Assembly: GCA_963842885.1 (NCBI GenBank)
Contig: CAWJIE010000004.1
Coordinates: 256,001 to 320,000 of the forward strand
Source of the DNA: an uncultured Nitrososphaerota archaeon
GTDB taxonomy: Archaea; Thermoproteota; Nitrososphaeria; Conexivisphaerales; DTJL01
Reading direction: 5' to 3'
Length of the DNA stretch: 64,000 bases
Shown here: in pieces, positions 52,246-62,250 of the stretch
Layout: each line of letters begins with the position of its first letter
Numbering within the stretch: position 1 is the first letter of the stretch
Translations under genes and position numbers: made by a program
The notes under the pieces: model-generated
What the model was told of the DNA's origin: nothing
Seen by the model: only the letters and a program-made list of their open reading frames with translations
Database searches by the model: none

Positions 52246-52527
52246 ATGCAAGTAAGAATCATCAAAGAGGACTCTACCAGTCTGGAAATCGACGTTACTG
52301 GTGCGGACCAGTCGCTGCTTCAGATAGTACAGGAAGAGCTGCTTGGTGACAAGCGGGTCGCGTTCGCTGCCTACAACAAGCCCCATCCTCTTCTGAAAGA
52401 CCAGACCATGCGCATCGCCGTCAGGGAAGGAGACCCAAAGAAGGTCTTCAGTGAAGGCTGTGAGAGGGCCGTGGAAAGGACCAAGAAGACCATAGTGTTA
52501 CTCGGTAAGATAATGGAGCGGGCCTGA
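52246..52527 (+). CDS. rpo11: RNA polymerase subunit Rpo11 (RpoL)
   Basis: V.FAAY..PHPL motif; syntenic with csl4 and tfs. Confidence 0.92.
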   Translation: MQVRIIKEDSTSLEIDVTGADQSLLQIVQEELLGDKRVAFAAYNKPHPLLKDQTMRIAVREGDPKKVFSEGCERAVERTKKTIVLLGKIMERA

Positions 52528-52549
52528 GGCCTAGAGTGAGTGTTGCGAG

Positions 52550-52894
52550 ATGCAGTTCTGTCCGAACTGCGGCATGTGGCTTAAGATAAAGCTCGTGAAG
52601 ACAGACAAAGACAGTTTTATGGCGTTGACCTGTGATAAATGTGGGTACTTCTCAAAGAGCGTTAAGGATGAGGATGTAAGGATGGAAGAAGAATCAGAGA
52701 GCTCGGCGCCGATAAAGGTGGTAGGCGATGAAGCAAGTCAGATCAGGACCATGCCGACGACGACGTTGGAATGCCCGCGTTGTCATAATAACGAAGCGGA
52801 ATGGTGGTTCGTGCAGACCAGAAGCGGCGATGAGCCGCCTACACAATTCTATAGATGCACCAAGTGCGGCTATACTTGGAGACAGTATTCCTAG
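52550..52894 (+). CDS. tfs: transcription factor S
   Basis: FCPNCG, CPRC and QTRSGDEPPTQFYRCTKCG. Confidence 0.95.
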   Translation: MQFCPNCGMWLKIKLVKTDKDSFMALTCDKCGYFSKSVKDEDVRMEEESESSAPIKVVGDEASQIRTMPTTTLECPRCHNNEAEWWFVQTRSGDEPPTQFYRCTKCGYTWRQYS

Positions 52895-53107
52895 CCTTGT
52901 TCGAGGGCAAGGTGTCTCGCGACTTCTTTGGTCCACTCGCCCGATTCTTCCAGCTTCTCAATTTTGTGTAGGTAGTTCGATCCAATCCATACTTCCGTAG
53001 GCGATAATCCACTTCTGGTAGGCCGCCAGAATGCTTATCCTAGCCGAATTCATGGTGCCTGCAGAGTCCCGAAGTTTCGACGGGTTCTTTCTCACAGACC
53101 GGGCACT

Positions 53108-55204
53108 TCATCCGCTCGACCCTCCTCCGATGGGCTTCGGCCCGAGCGTTCGTTTCTTGGAAGGGCAGTCAGGATTGACACATAGCTGCCAAGGTCGTCG
53201 GCCATAGGTTGTAAACACCAAGACCACGGGCCAGCCACATGTTCTGCAGGGGTATTTGGTAGACCTTATGGTACCTCTCTGAGGAAGAGGTGCGGATGCC
53301 TTACAACCGTTGGGGTAGTTGCTGCAACCGACGAACCTCTTGCCGCTCTTCCGGGAGCGAATCAGAACGAGTTGTCCTTCGTGACAGACTGGGCAGCCAC
53401 CCAGTGTTTCCTTTGCCTTGGCAGTCTGGGTAGCAGCAAGACGAATCTCGTTGCCGACGCTGACCAAGTTATCCTCAAAAAGACTGAGGCATGTCAAGAG
53501 TTGGTCTACGGCTTCGAGGGTCACCGCGTCGGAGTCGAGAGTGGCGGCTTCGACGCCCTCCAGCTTCCTTTCAATTGATTTTGTCATTTCTATTGACAGG
53601 ATTGAGGGTGAGTATTTGGATGCGGCCTCGACGATGGCAAACCCAAGCTCAGAGAGTTCCAAGCTGTTACCCGAGATGTAACCCCTATCGAGCAGGGTTG
53701 AGATTACCTCTGCTCTGGTTGCCTTTGTCCCAATCTCGTCTCTTTCCATCCGTTCCAAAAGCGTGCTTTGATTGTATCGCGAAGGAGGGGCATCGAACGA
53801 TTGAACGACATCCACAGAGACGAAGGTAACGATATCCGTGACCTTCAAAGAAGGTAATCTCTGAGCCTCCCTGTCGTTGTTGAGGTCGTATATGGTAGAC
53901 CAACCAGGTGATATGGTGCTGGTCGCCGAAGCTCGAAACTCGTACTTTCCACAGGCAATCTTCAGAGAATGTCTTTCTTTGACCATGCTTTTGGCGAACG
54001 CTGACAGGAATCTGCGCACAATGAGATCGTAGAGTCGTCCCTCTCTCGTGTCCGTGTCGCGAAGGGGCTCTCCCGTCGGGTATATGGCAGGATGGGCCGG
54101 GTCCGACTTCTGGCCTTGAATAGGAGAGATTCTACCGCCCATCAACGATGCTACGATAGATTTGAAGCTATCTTGTCTGGAAAGCGCGTCGAGTATGCGT
54201 TCGTAGTTGACGGTCGAAGGAATCTGCTGGGAAGAAGTCCTGGGATAGGATATCGCTGCCTGAAGGTAGAGCTTCTCTGCGATCGAAAGCGTTTGAGATG
54301 GTGTAAGTCCCAGAATGCGGTAAGCTTCGTGTTGAAGGTCTCCAAGGTTGAAGGGTGGAGGTGGCGAAGTTGAGAATGGTTGCTTGGTGGCTTCCACCAC
54401 GACGCCCTTCTTTCCCTCAACTTCTTGTTTGACGGATTTCGCTTCGGCTTCGATTTCGATTCTGTTATTCGTGCAATCTGCCGGAAAGAGACCTCCATTG
54501 GCGTTGATGGAAGCCTTTGCTCGCCAATAGGGCACGGGCACGTGGGTTCTGATTTCGCTTTCCCTTTCATGGATGTAGTTGAGTGCAGGTCCCTGGACAC
54601 GCCCAATGCTCAAAGTGGTATACCTCCCCTCCGCTTCGAGGAGGCTGTCAGTCAGAACTCTGGAGAGGTTGACTCCCCAGATAAAGTCAAGAAAATGCCG
54701 AGTGCGACCTGCCTCGGCCATCGGCCACTCCTCTTGCCATTTGAGCTCAGAGAAGGATTTGACAAGCTCGTCGTTGGTCAGAGTTGAGAACTTCGCCCTG
54801 AAGGCCTTGACCTTCTTCGCACCGCAGGCATGCTTCAAAATGTTATAACCGATGGTGTCGCCTTCCAAATCGTAATCACAGGCTATGATCAGTTTGGAGG
54901 CGTGCTTCGACAGGGATTTGAAGGCCCTTATCCTCCAATCTATATCCTTCCGCTTCTTCTCGACATGGGATAAAGGCACCCAATGCAAATCGAGAACAGG
55001 ATGTATGTCACGTTTGGGGTAAGCGGGCGCCAACGAAAAGAGATGGCCGACGGCTGACATAATCACATAATTGGTTTTGCCACGACATAGGATATATGTG
55101 GCGTTGCCCTCGACTTGATTTCCCCCTATGGCGGCCGCGATTCGCTTGGCTATATCTGGCTTCTCGGCTACAATCAGGTCGTATTCTTTAGGGATCTCTG
55201 GCAT
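53108..55204 (-). CDS. topA: type IA DNA topoisomerase (archaeal TopA/TopoIII)
   Basis: VAEKP, GH, CDYDLEG, SIGRVQ, ISYPRT (catalytic Tyr), HPAI, IGTKATR and C-terminal Zn ribbons. Confidence 0.95.
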   Translation of the reverse strand: MPEIPKEYDLIVAEKPDIAKRIAAAIGGNQVEGNATYILCRGKTNYVIMSAVGHLFSLAPAYPKRDIHPVLDLHWVPLSHVEKKRKDIDWRIRAFKSLSKHASKLIIACDYDLEGDTIGYNILKHACGAKKVKAFRAKFSTLTNDELVKSFSELKWQEEWPMAEAGRTRHFLDFIWGVNLSRVLTDSLLEAEGRYTTLSIGRVQGPALNYIHERESEIRTHVPVPYWRAKASINANGGLFPADCTNNRIEIEAEAKSVKQEVEGKKGVVVEATKQPFSTSPPPPFNLGDLQHEAYRILGLTPSQTLSIAEKLYLQAAISYPRTSSQQIPSTVNYERILDALSRQDSFKSIVASLMGGRISPIQGQKSDPAHPAIYPTGEPLRDTDTREGRLYDLIVRRFLSAFAKSMVKERHSLKIACGKYEFRASATSTISPGWSTIYDLNNDREAQRLPSLKVTDIVTFVSVDVVQSFDAPPSRYNQSTLLERMERDEIGTKATRAEVISTLLDRGYISGNSLELSELGFAIVEAASKYSPSILSIEMTKSIERKLEGVEAATLDSDAVTLEAVDQLLTCLSLFEDNLVSVGNEIRLAATQTAKAKETLGGCPVCHEGQLVLIRSRKSGKRFVGCSNYPNGCKASAPLPQRGTIRSTKYPCRTCGWPVVLVFTTYGRRPWQLCVNPDCPSKKRTLGPKPIGGGSSG

Positions 55205-55279
55205 CAGATGAACGGAACCGTTTCTCGGAGGATGTACTTTTTATATTTAAATCATACCTGGCCGCAAGTCCCGGCAAGG

Positions 55280-55441
55280 ATGTTCGAGATAGTCTGCTCA
55301 AAGTGCGGCGCCAAAATCTACGCTGGAGATGAAGTGAAATCGCCGAGGCAGATACTTCGTTTGTATAAGGGGTTGTGTAAGAAGTGCGGCGCCAAGCTGA
55401 ATCCGGAAGAATTCGACGTTTCGGTGTCAAGTAATGCTTGA
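55280..55441 (+). CDS. small C4 zinc-ribbon protein
   Basis: MFEIVCSKCG...CKKCGAKL, 53 aa, downstream of an AT-rich bidirectional promoter-like segment (55238-55251). Confidence 0.7.
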   Translation: MFEIVCSKCGAKIYAGDEVKSPRQILRLYKGLCKKCGAKLNPEEFDVSVSSNA

Positions 55442-55446
55442 TGAGG

Positions 55447-56341
55447 TTAGCCGAACTGCAATTCTTTGAGAGCTTTAGCGAACACTGGTGCTACGGTCAC
55501 CTTGCTGAACTGATTCGGCACAGAATCTGACGTGATCAAGTGCTCCACGCCTGCCTTTGATACTCTCTCATAAGCCCCTTCCACGAAAAGGCCATGAGTG
55601 ATTAAGGCGTGGATGTGGTCGGCTCCTTTGCTCTTCAGTTGTTGGGCTACTTGGGCGATGGTTCCGCCGGTGCTAATGATGTCGTCTACCAGCACGATGT
55701 CGCGCCCACGTGGAGTTGCATGGCCCAAGTTGATATCTACAGATGTATCTCCATACCTTGTCTTCTGCATTACAACTGACTCGGCTCCAAATACATGTGC
55801 GGCCAAGCTAGCCCATTGCGCCGCTTCTCCGTCTGGGGCCACAATGATGGGATCATGGAGGCTGCACTGGGATTTCAGATGTTTAGCCAAGGAAGGGATC
55901 GCTGAAAGGTTGGCGGTAGGTATGTTGAACAACTCGTTCAGGTTATGGATTCTATGAAGGTGGCTGTCCAAGGTGAGGATGGCTGATGTTGGCGCAGATT
56001 CGATGATTTGGCTTATGATTCGAGCGCTAATGGCTTCCCCTGGTTTGAAACGGCTGTCTTGCCTGAGATAGGCCATGTAAGGGAAATATGCCTACGACGT
56101 TCTTAGCTCCAAGGTCTAGGAGGGTCTTCGCAAGGAAGACGTATTCCATCATCAGGCCATCTGGGTCTTTGTATAGTGACTGGGTGATTAAGGCCGTATC
56201 GTGTGGCAGTTCCTTTGTGAATCTCAGGTACCTTTCTCCGTCGGGGAAACGTCTAGTCTCGAAATCTATTACGTCGCAGGACAGACTTTCGGCAATCTTG
56301 AGCCCTAGGGGCTTGTTTCCCGACCCCGGCACAAGAAACAT
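55447..56341 (-). CDS. prs: ribose-phosphate pyrophosphokinase, frameshift near 56080
   Basis: FPDGE, YLRQD.RFKPGE, DSH, VAPD and LVDDIISTGGT. Confidence 0.92.
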
Positions 56342-56456
56342 GGATTTGGCTCGAAGGGTTTGGGTTTAAAAATGTGTTGCCACCTCGAAGCGAGAAAGGC
56401 GAGTGACGCAGCTGAAGTGAAGTATATAATCGTCTCCGAAGGAGAGTTGTTCGAGG

Positions 56457-56534
56457 GCCTCGGTAGCTCAGCCTAGTTAGAGCAACAGCCTTGTAAGCTG
56501 TGGGTCAGGGGAGCGAAGCCCCTCCGAGGCTCCA
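56457..56534 (+). tRNA. tRNA-Thr(TGT), CCA encoded, non-canonical D- and T-loops
   Basis: Perfect stems GCCTCGG/CCGAGGC, GCTC/GAGC, ACAGC/GCTGT and AGGGG/CCCCT; loop CTTGTAA; TATA-like GTATATAAT upstream. Confidence 0.88.
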
Positions 56535-57005
56535 TCAACCTTTTGAGAGCTATGGTGTTTGAAGTGTATATGGAGAAAGAGGTTGGTTCCCGGCAGAGTT
56601 TGTTGACAATTTGTCAACAGCTTTACTGGTTAATGCTTCGGCGAAGTCATCCACCAGAACCTTGTTGCTAATGATGCCGCTCGTAAGAATGCGGACAAAC
56701 TCGTTCAGGTTATCGAAACAGAGCCGCTTGAGGCGAAGGTTAAGAGGCGACGCCAATTCACTGACTTTGCTCCTAGACGTGATGTTAAACTACTCTCCGA
56801 AGCTTTGTCCAAATCGGCTAGAGCGAGGAACAATCGAAACCCATTTCCCCAATAAGCAATCCATGCGTTCTCGTCTAGACTATCTCGGTCTTGTAGAAGC
56901 AGGTGGAATCGCCTTTTGAAGTCTTGGGTTCCACGATAGATGTAGACCTCCCGCATGATTGAAGGCGCAGTCGCCATTAAGGGAAACCGGCAGGCCAGAT
57001 GAACC

Positions 57006-58124
57006 TCAACTGCGTACTCGCGGGTTCCCGTACTGGTCCCAGCCTATGCCCAGGCCCTTCTCCACAACTCCCCTGAACAGAGCCTTCATCCTTCTCTCAG
57101 CCGCGTGGATATCTTGGACGGGCTTCTTGACAGCGAAGATGGCCGTCCCGCTTCTCAGGACACTTACATCGTAAAGGTCGTCCAACCTCAGCGTGCGGAA
57201 GAGTGGGCTACCCATCAGGATTGGTATCCCTTCGTGGTTTGAAAACGAATCCAGCCTTTCGAGGTCCAGCGTGAGGACCTTCTTGGGGTTGATAAAGTAG
57301 GTGCCTGTCCCGTCTCTCTTGCAAGAGTGTTCCATGAGGAAGGGCGAGACCTTAGTGGGCCTTCTGTTGCTCCCAGATACGGGACAGGAGGGCCTCTCCT
57401 TCAGCTTTATCGTATCGAAGCTAAAGTTGCGGAGGTCCACCATGAGCAGCTTGGACAAAAGAGAAGGTTCGGCCCCCGTCATTATCTTGACCGCCTCGGA
57501 GACTGCTATGCTCCCGACAATCCCGAGTATCGCAGGGTGAATGCCTACAACGGCGCAGGAGGGGACCGAGCCCTCCTGGAGGCCTCCGTAGAAGCATTCC
57601 AGGCAGGGGGTCTTCCCCGGCACTATCGTGATGACGGAGCCGAGCATTTCAATCGCTGAGGAGAAGACGTAAGGGACTTGCATTTCGTAGGCAGCCCTGT
57701 TCACTGCGTACCTAGCCCTTATGCCGTCCAGCCCATCTAGCACTACGTCGACGCCCCTGAGGTGCTCAAGCAAGCTTTCGTAGGTCAGGCTCTCAGCGAA
57801 TCCCTCAACCTTCACTGACGAATTCATCTCCTTCAGGCGGGCCAAGGCGCCTTCTATCTTCGGCCTTCCGGCGTCCGACTCCCTGTAGAGGTACTGGCGC
57901 TGGAGGTCAGTGAAGCTAACGATGTCCCTGTCTATAATCCTAATGGAGCCGATTCCCATGGATGCAAGCTGAACAAGGATAGGGACACCCAGGCCCCCGG
58001 CCCCTACTACGAGGACGGTGGAGCCCTTGAGCTTCTGTTGTCCCTCCCAGCCGATGTCTTGGAGGACAATCTGGCGTGAATACCTGTTGGCATCGGAGTC
58101 AGAAAGGGCTTCCTCAACCGTCAC
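57006..58124 (-). CDS. ThiF/MoeB/UbaA-family E1-like adenylyltransferase, copy 1
   Basis: RYSRQI, GAGGLG, DRDIVS..DLQRQ, DGLD, CLEC, catalytic SC and a C-terminal extension. Confidence 0.92.
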   Translation of the reverse strand: MTVEEALSDSDANRYSRQIVLQDIGWEGQQKLKGSTVLVVGAGGLGVPILVQLASMGIGSIRIIDRDIVSFTDLQRQYLYRESDAGRPKIEGALARLKEMNSSVKVEGFAESLTYESLLEHLRGVDVVLDGLDGIRARYAVNRAAYEMQVPYVFSSAIEMLGSVITIVPGKTPCLECFYGGLQEGSVPSCAVVGIHPAILGIVGSIAVSEAVKIMTGAEPSLLSKLLMVDLRNFSFDTIKLKERPSCPVSGSNRRPTKVSPFLMEHSCKRDGTGTYFINPKKVLTLDLERLDSFSNHEGIPILMGSPLFRTLRLDDLYDVSVLRSGTAIFAVKKPVQDIHAAERRMKALFRGVVEKGLGIGWDQYGNPRVRS

Positions 58125-58217
58125 CTATCAGTCGCACGCTTCCCTGTCTCGAAGAAGCTTTCGCCGTTATAAGGGTACCTCAACCTCGAGGCGAGCCCTA
58201 GAGAAGTCTTCCCGCTT

Positions 58218-58511
58218 TCATCCACCGCCCGTCGGAGGAATCAGGGCTACAATGTCGCCTTCGTGAAGGATGGGGCTGGTAGTAATCATAGTGCCGTTGA
58301 CGATGATGTGGATTATCTCTCGGACTTCTTCAAGGTCGGGATGGAGTCTCAAAACCAAGCTGACGAGATTGGCGGTCGTAGAGCCGGATGGCAGTCGAAT
58401 ATCTTCACCTGACAGGCCTGCCAACTCCCGCACTTCTGCGTAGTAGAGCACCTGTATCTGCGTCGACTTGCTCCTCTCTGGAGTCGCGTGTCTAGAAGCC
58501 GTAGTGCTCAC
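58218..58511 (-). CDS. MoaD/SAMP ubiquitin-like sulfur carrier
   Basis: VLYYAEVRELAG, VNG and GDIVALIPPTGGG C-terminus. Confidence 0.9.
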   Translation of the reverse strand: MSTTASRHATPERSKSTQIQVLYYAEVRELAGLSGEDIRLPSGSTTANLVSLVLRLHPDLEEVREIIHIIVNGTMITTSPILHEGDIVALIPPTGGG

Positions 58512-58571
58512 ATTCAGCCGACCCTCTGCAATTCTAATATGTCTTTCGTTCCTTCTCTAATGGCTTCAGCC

Positions 58572-59691
58572 CTACGCGGGGGAGGCTACATACTCCTTCC
58601 AGGGCATGGAGAGGCCCTCCTCCACGATCTCTTCGTAAATCTCCTTCATCCTAGTCTCGGCGGCGTCGATGTCCAGGACTGGCTTCTTCACCTTGAACAT
58701 GGCTGTACCGCTCTTCAAGATGCTCACATCGTAAATGTCGTCCAACCTCAGCGTGCGGAAGATGTCGCCTTCGCTCAGCAGGGCGTAGCCTTTTTCCCCA
58801 GCGAAGGCGTCGAGCCTGCTGAGGTCCACATCCAGCGTCCTCCTTGGGTTAATGAAGTAAGTCCCGCTCCCGTCTCTGGCGCATGCCCGCTCTAGGAGGG
58901 GCGGGTGTATGTCGGTGAGGTTCGTGCCACTGCCGGAGACCGGGCAGTTCGGATTGATAGTAACCCTGAAAGAGTCGAAGTTGAAGTGCCGGAGGTCGAC
59001 TAGGCAGGAGCTTCGAAGCCAGCGAAGGCTTCTCCCCCGTGATTATCTTCACGGCTTCTGAAATGGCGATGTTGGCTATGACCCCCAACAAGGAAGGATG
59101 GACGCCGACGACCGCACATTTCCGGACGCCGTCGTCGCTCATCCCACCGAGGAAGCATTCGAGGCAGGGGGTCTCGTCCGGGATGATAGTGGACACGTTA
59201 CCGTACATCTCCAGCGCCGAAGAGAAGATGTATGGGACCTTCATCCTGTAGGAAGCCCTGTTCAAGGCATACCTCCCTCTCATGTCGTCGAGGCCGTCCA
59301 TGACGACGTTTACACCGTTGAGCAGCTCGAGGAGCCGGTCGTATGATAGTGACTCCGCATATCCTTCTACCTTAATTGAGGGGTTGATTTCTCTGATCCT
59401 CTTTACCGCCACCTCCGTCTTCGGCCTTCCGGCGTCCGACTCCCTGTAGAGGTACTGCCGATGGAGGTCAGTGACGCTGACGATGTCCCTGTCTATGATC
59501 TTGATTGTCCCGACCCCAAGGACAACTAGCTGAATCAAGATTGGAGAGCCCAAGCCTCCTGCGCCGGCGACTAGAACGGTGGAACGCTTGAGCCTGACCT
59601 GACCCTCCCAACCGATGTCCTTGAGGACGATCTGGCGGGCATATCTGTTTGCCTCGGCGTCGGTGAGGCCCTCGTCATATGGCTGGCCCAA
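58572..59691 (-). CDS. ThiF/MoeB/UbaA-family E1-like adenylyltransferase, copy 2 (1-nt insertion near 59005)
   Basis: Collinear with copy 1; alignment offset is 1561 nt before and 1560 nt after the frameshift. Confidence 0.9.
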
Positions 59692-60603
59692 TGGCTCTCA
59701 CGTTTGGTAATCCCTTAACCTATCAGAAAGTTATAAGTCTGTCTGCCTATGTAATCGCACCAAATCCCTGAGCCATTTCTAGAATAATCTAAGAATTTCT
59801 TTGAGGAGAGAGGAGGTTTTGAAGCCTCCGCTGAGATGAACCGGTCGCATGGCCCGTTTAGCACTCGCCCCAAGCCCCGGCGTGAAGTCGGGGCGAGGCT
59901 CATCGGCATGTTCTGGAGACAGGAATTGGTGATTCTGACAATCTCCTGCGACGTAGGTGCTGATAAGGGGAAACATGTCTGCACGCCGAGCGAATCTCTT
60001 GGAAGATGGTCTTGGCCAAGTCCGGGATTGAATTCTTCAAAGTGAATCTGTTGGAGCCGTTTCTGTCTGAGTCGTGCAGACATGTGCACAGCAAAGGCAT
60101 AATCATGTTATATTCGAAAACATATGGCCCTGAATCATGGGATGCGCAAAGGTTACTATAAGGTTGGGCGTATGGGACCCGTAAAGAGCATTTCCACTCA
60201 TTTCAAATTCAAACATTGAGTGAGTTGAGGAAAGATGTTATGATGACGCTCGTTCTGAGGAGTTATGCCCGTGAAGATGATTCTGAAATCGGCATTAGAG
60301 CGAAGGAGATTCGCAGATATAGAATATGATTGAAAGAAGAAGTTGGTTTTGAGCAAATTGCGGCTGAGAACATAGTGAACATGAGCAGAAAGGATGGCTT
60401 CGTAGGCAATAACCTCGAGCCGGAGCCTGCCTTACTTTATTGTAGCCTAAACGATAACTGCTATGCCTGGTGGCTCAGACCGAGGACACCGCGGCAGAGA
60501 AGGAGATGAGGCTCGAAAACGAAATCGGTCATCTTCTGGAACCGAGAATCCCTGAGGTACATGTATCTCATAGCCTCGGCGGTCTGAAGCCAGAGGTCAT
60601 TGA

Positions 60604-60954
60604 TTAATTTGACTGCCTGGTAGGGGACTTGTCGTTCCCCCATAACAGGCCGAGGAACGCCGGGATTTCATCGTCATGACCCGCGATTACAACGACATGA
60701 TTCTGCTTCTTAGCTAAAGTCAGAGCCAAGAGATGATGGCACTCCTTCTTCTTTCCTCTGGTCAAGGAAAAGTAGAAGGCAGGACATGTGCATAGAGGAG
60801 GATCATTAGATACCAGGTATTCTCCTTCACTACCGACGACCGTCCAGATTTCTGTTCCGCTGGGATTGAACACATGCTGTTTGACTCCACTCGAATCAAC
60901 TATCTCTGTTGCTTTCAGTAGAAGTTGGTCATGAATAGCGGCTGGTCTAGACAA
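60604..60954 (-). CDS. SWIM zinc-finger protein
   Basis: WTVVG..GEYLV...CTCPAF...CHH (CxC...CxH). Confidence 0.8.
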   Translation of the reverse strand: MSRPAAIHDQLLLKATEIVDSSGVKQHVFNPSGTEIWTVVGSEGEYLVSNDPPLCTCPAFYFSLTRGKKKECHHLLALTLAKKQNHVVVIAGHDDEIPAFLGLLWGNDKSPTRQSN

Positions 60955-61010
60955 TGTTCGTATCTATAAGAAAGGGTGATTTATCCGTTAGGCGGATGTA
61001 AAGCCGACCC

Positions 61011-61772
61011 TTGAAACTCCAACCCCTAGAGGAGGTCCCGGCATTATCTGCTTTGACAAGAGACGGCAAGCGTTTTTTGGTGTTGAGCGACCTTCATCTA
61101 GGGTTGACTAGTAGGATGGGACTCCGGAGGCCGTTTCCCGAAGAAGAAGCAGCGGAAATCTGTCAAAGAATAGGTCTAGCGAGCCGCAAGACCGGCGCCT
61201 GCAACCTGATTATGCTGGGCGATTTGAAACATGGATTATTCGAACCCGACATTCATGAAAGGAAGGCCCTCAGGAGCCTGACAGAGAAGTTGACCGAAGA
61301 TTTCGCAGTGTGGATCATGAAGGGGAACCATGACTACGGAATTGAGGATGTCATGGATTCGCGAGTCAGAATAATAGGAAGGAATGGGCTTGAGCTGGAC
61401 AAAACGGTATTCATCCACGGACATTCTTTACCAAGGTTGTCTGACAGTCTGGAATCATACGACATGATGGTTTCGGGTCATATTCATCCACAACGGGTAA
61501 TTGATGGCGAATGGAAGCCCGTTTGGTTGATTCTAAGAGGTAAAAGGGGTATGAGGCCTAGGGAGGTGATTATCCTACCTCATTTCAATAAGTATGCTTC
61601 ACGGGTCGGCTATCGGCCTGGTCCGCCAGTGACGATTGCGCCTTTCTTGCGTCGCCTTCAGCTGGATAGGTATGATTATGAGATGAAAGATTTGGCTTTG
61701 AACAAGGTAGAAGTCGGAACAGCGTCAGATATGATGTTGATGAAGGCCGGTGGTGGGGCCGGGCGGATTTGA
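61011..61772 (+). CDS. calcineurin-like metallophosphoesterase
   Basis: SDLHLG, GDLKH, GNHD, HGH and GHIHP. Confidence 0.9.
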   Translation: MKLQPLEEVPALSALTRDGKRFLVLSDLHLGLTSRMGLRRPFPEEEAAEICQRIGLASRKTGACNLIMLGDLKHGLFEPDIHERKALRSLTEKLTEDFAVWIMKGNHDYGIEDVMDSRVRIIGRNGLELDKTVFIHGHSLPRLSDSLESYDMMVSGHIHPQRVIDGEWKPVWLILRGKRGMRPREVIILPHFNKYASRVGYRPGPPVTIAPFLRRLQLDRYDYEMKDLALNKVEVGTASDMMLMKAGGGAGRI

Positions 61773-61829
61773 ACCGCCGATCACCAGCGCCCAAGGCTGG
61801 TAGCGTGGACCAGGCTAGCCCACGGCCCC
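61751..61829 (-). tRNA. tRNA-Pro(TGG), CCA encoded
   Basis: Reverse complement reads GGGGCCG...CCAGC-CTTGGGC-GCTGG...GGCGG-TTCAAAT-CCGCC-CGGCCCC-ACCA. Confidence 0.93.
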
Positions 61830-61893
61830 GCTCGAGTGAACGCTCTCTTGCGGCTGCTCACATGTACCATCAAGATAAGTGTTTGTAGCAAGA

Positions 61894-62250
61894 TTAGGCG
61901 TAATGGATGATGATGCGAGTCCTGTATTCTTCGTCGCTTGAGAAAACCTTACCGCAGTGGAAGCATTGGTATAGACCGGGGGGAAGGCTGATGGGAGAAT
62001 CTTCGTGATTTGCCCAAGACGCGGCTTCGTCTGCTAGGGCCTCCACGACTACTTTGTGTCCTTCCAACGTCTCCTTGAAACCATGTTGGCCCTGTGCCAC
62101 TAGGAATTCTTGGATGAGCACGATTACCAAGCTGGTGTCTTCGCGGATTTATCTTCAAGGATGATGGAGTGGGCCTTCAGAAGAGGTACAGTGGATAGCC
62201 TCTCTCCGATGTATGCTGACATCAGAGCAAGCTTTTCCCTTGAGGACATC
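61894..62250 (-). CDS. small protein with C-terminal C2H2-like zinc finger, probably frameshifted near 62130
   Basis: YQCFHCGKVFSSDEEY...IH; an upstream frame (MSSREKLAL...) abuts it. Confidence 0.5.

Noticed and set aside
59715-60460. Low-coding, partly AT-rich stretch with a GC hairpin near 59874-59895
   Set aside because: No ORF family, terminal repeats or transposase recognised; cannot support any specific call.
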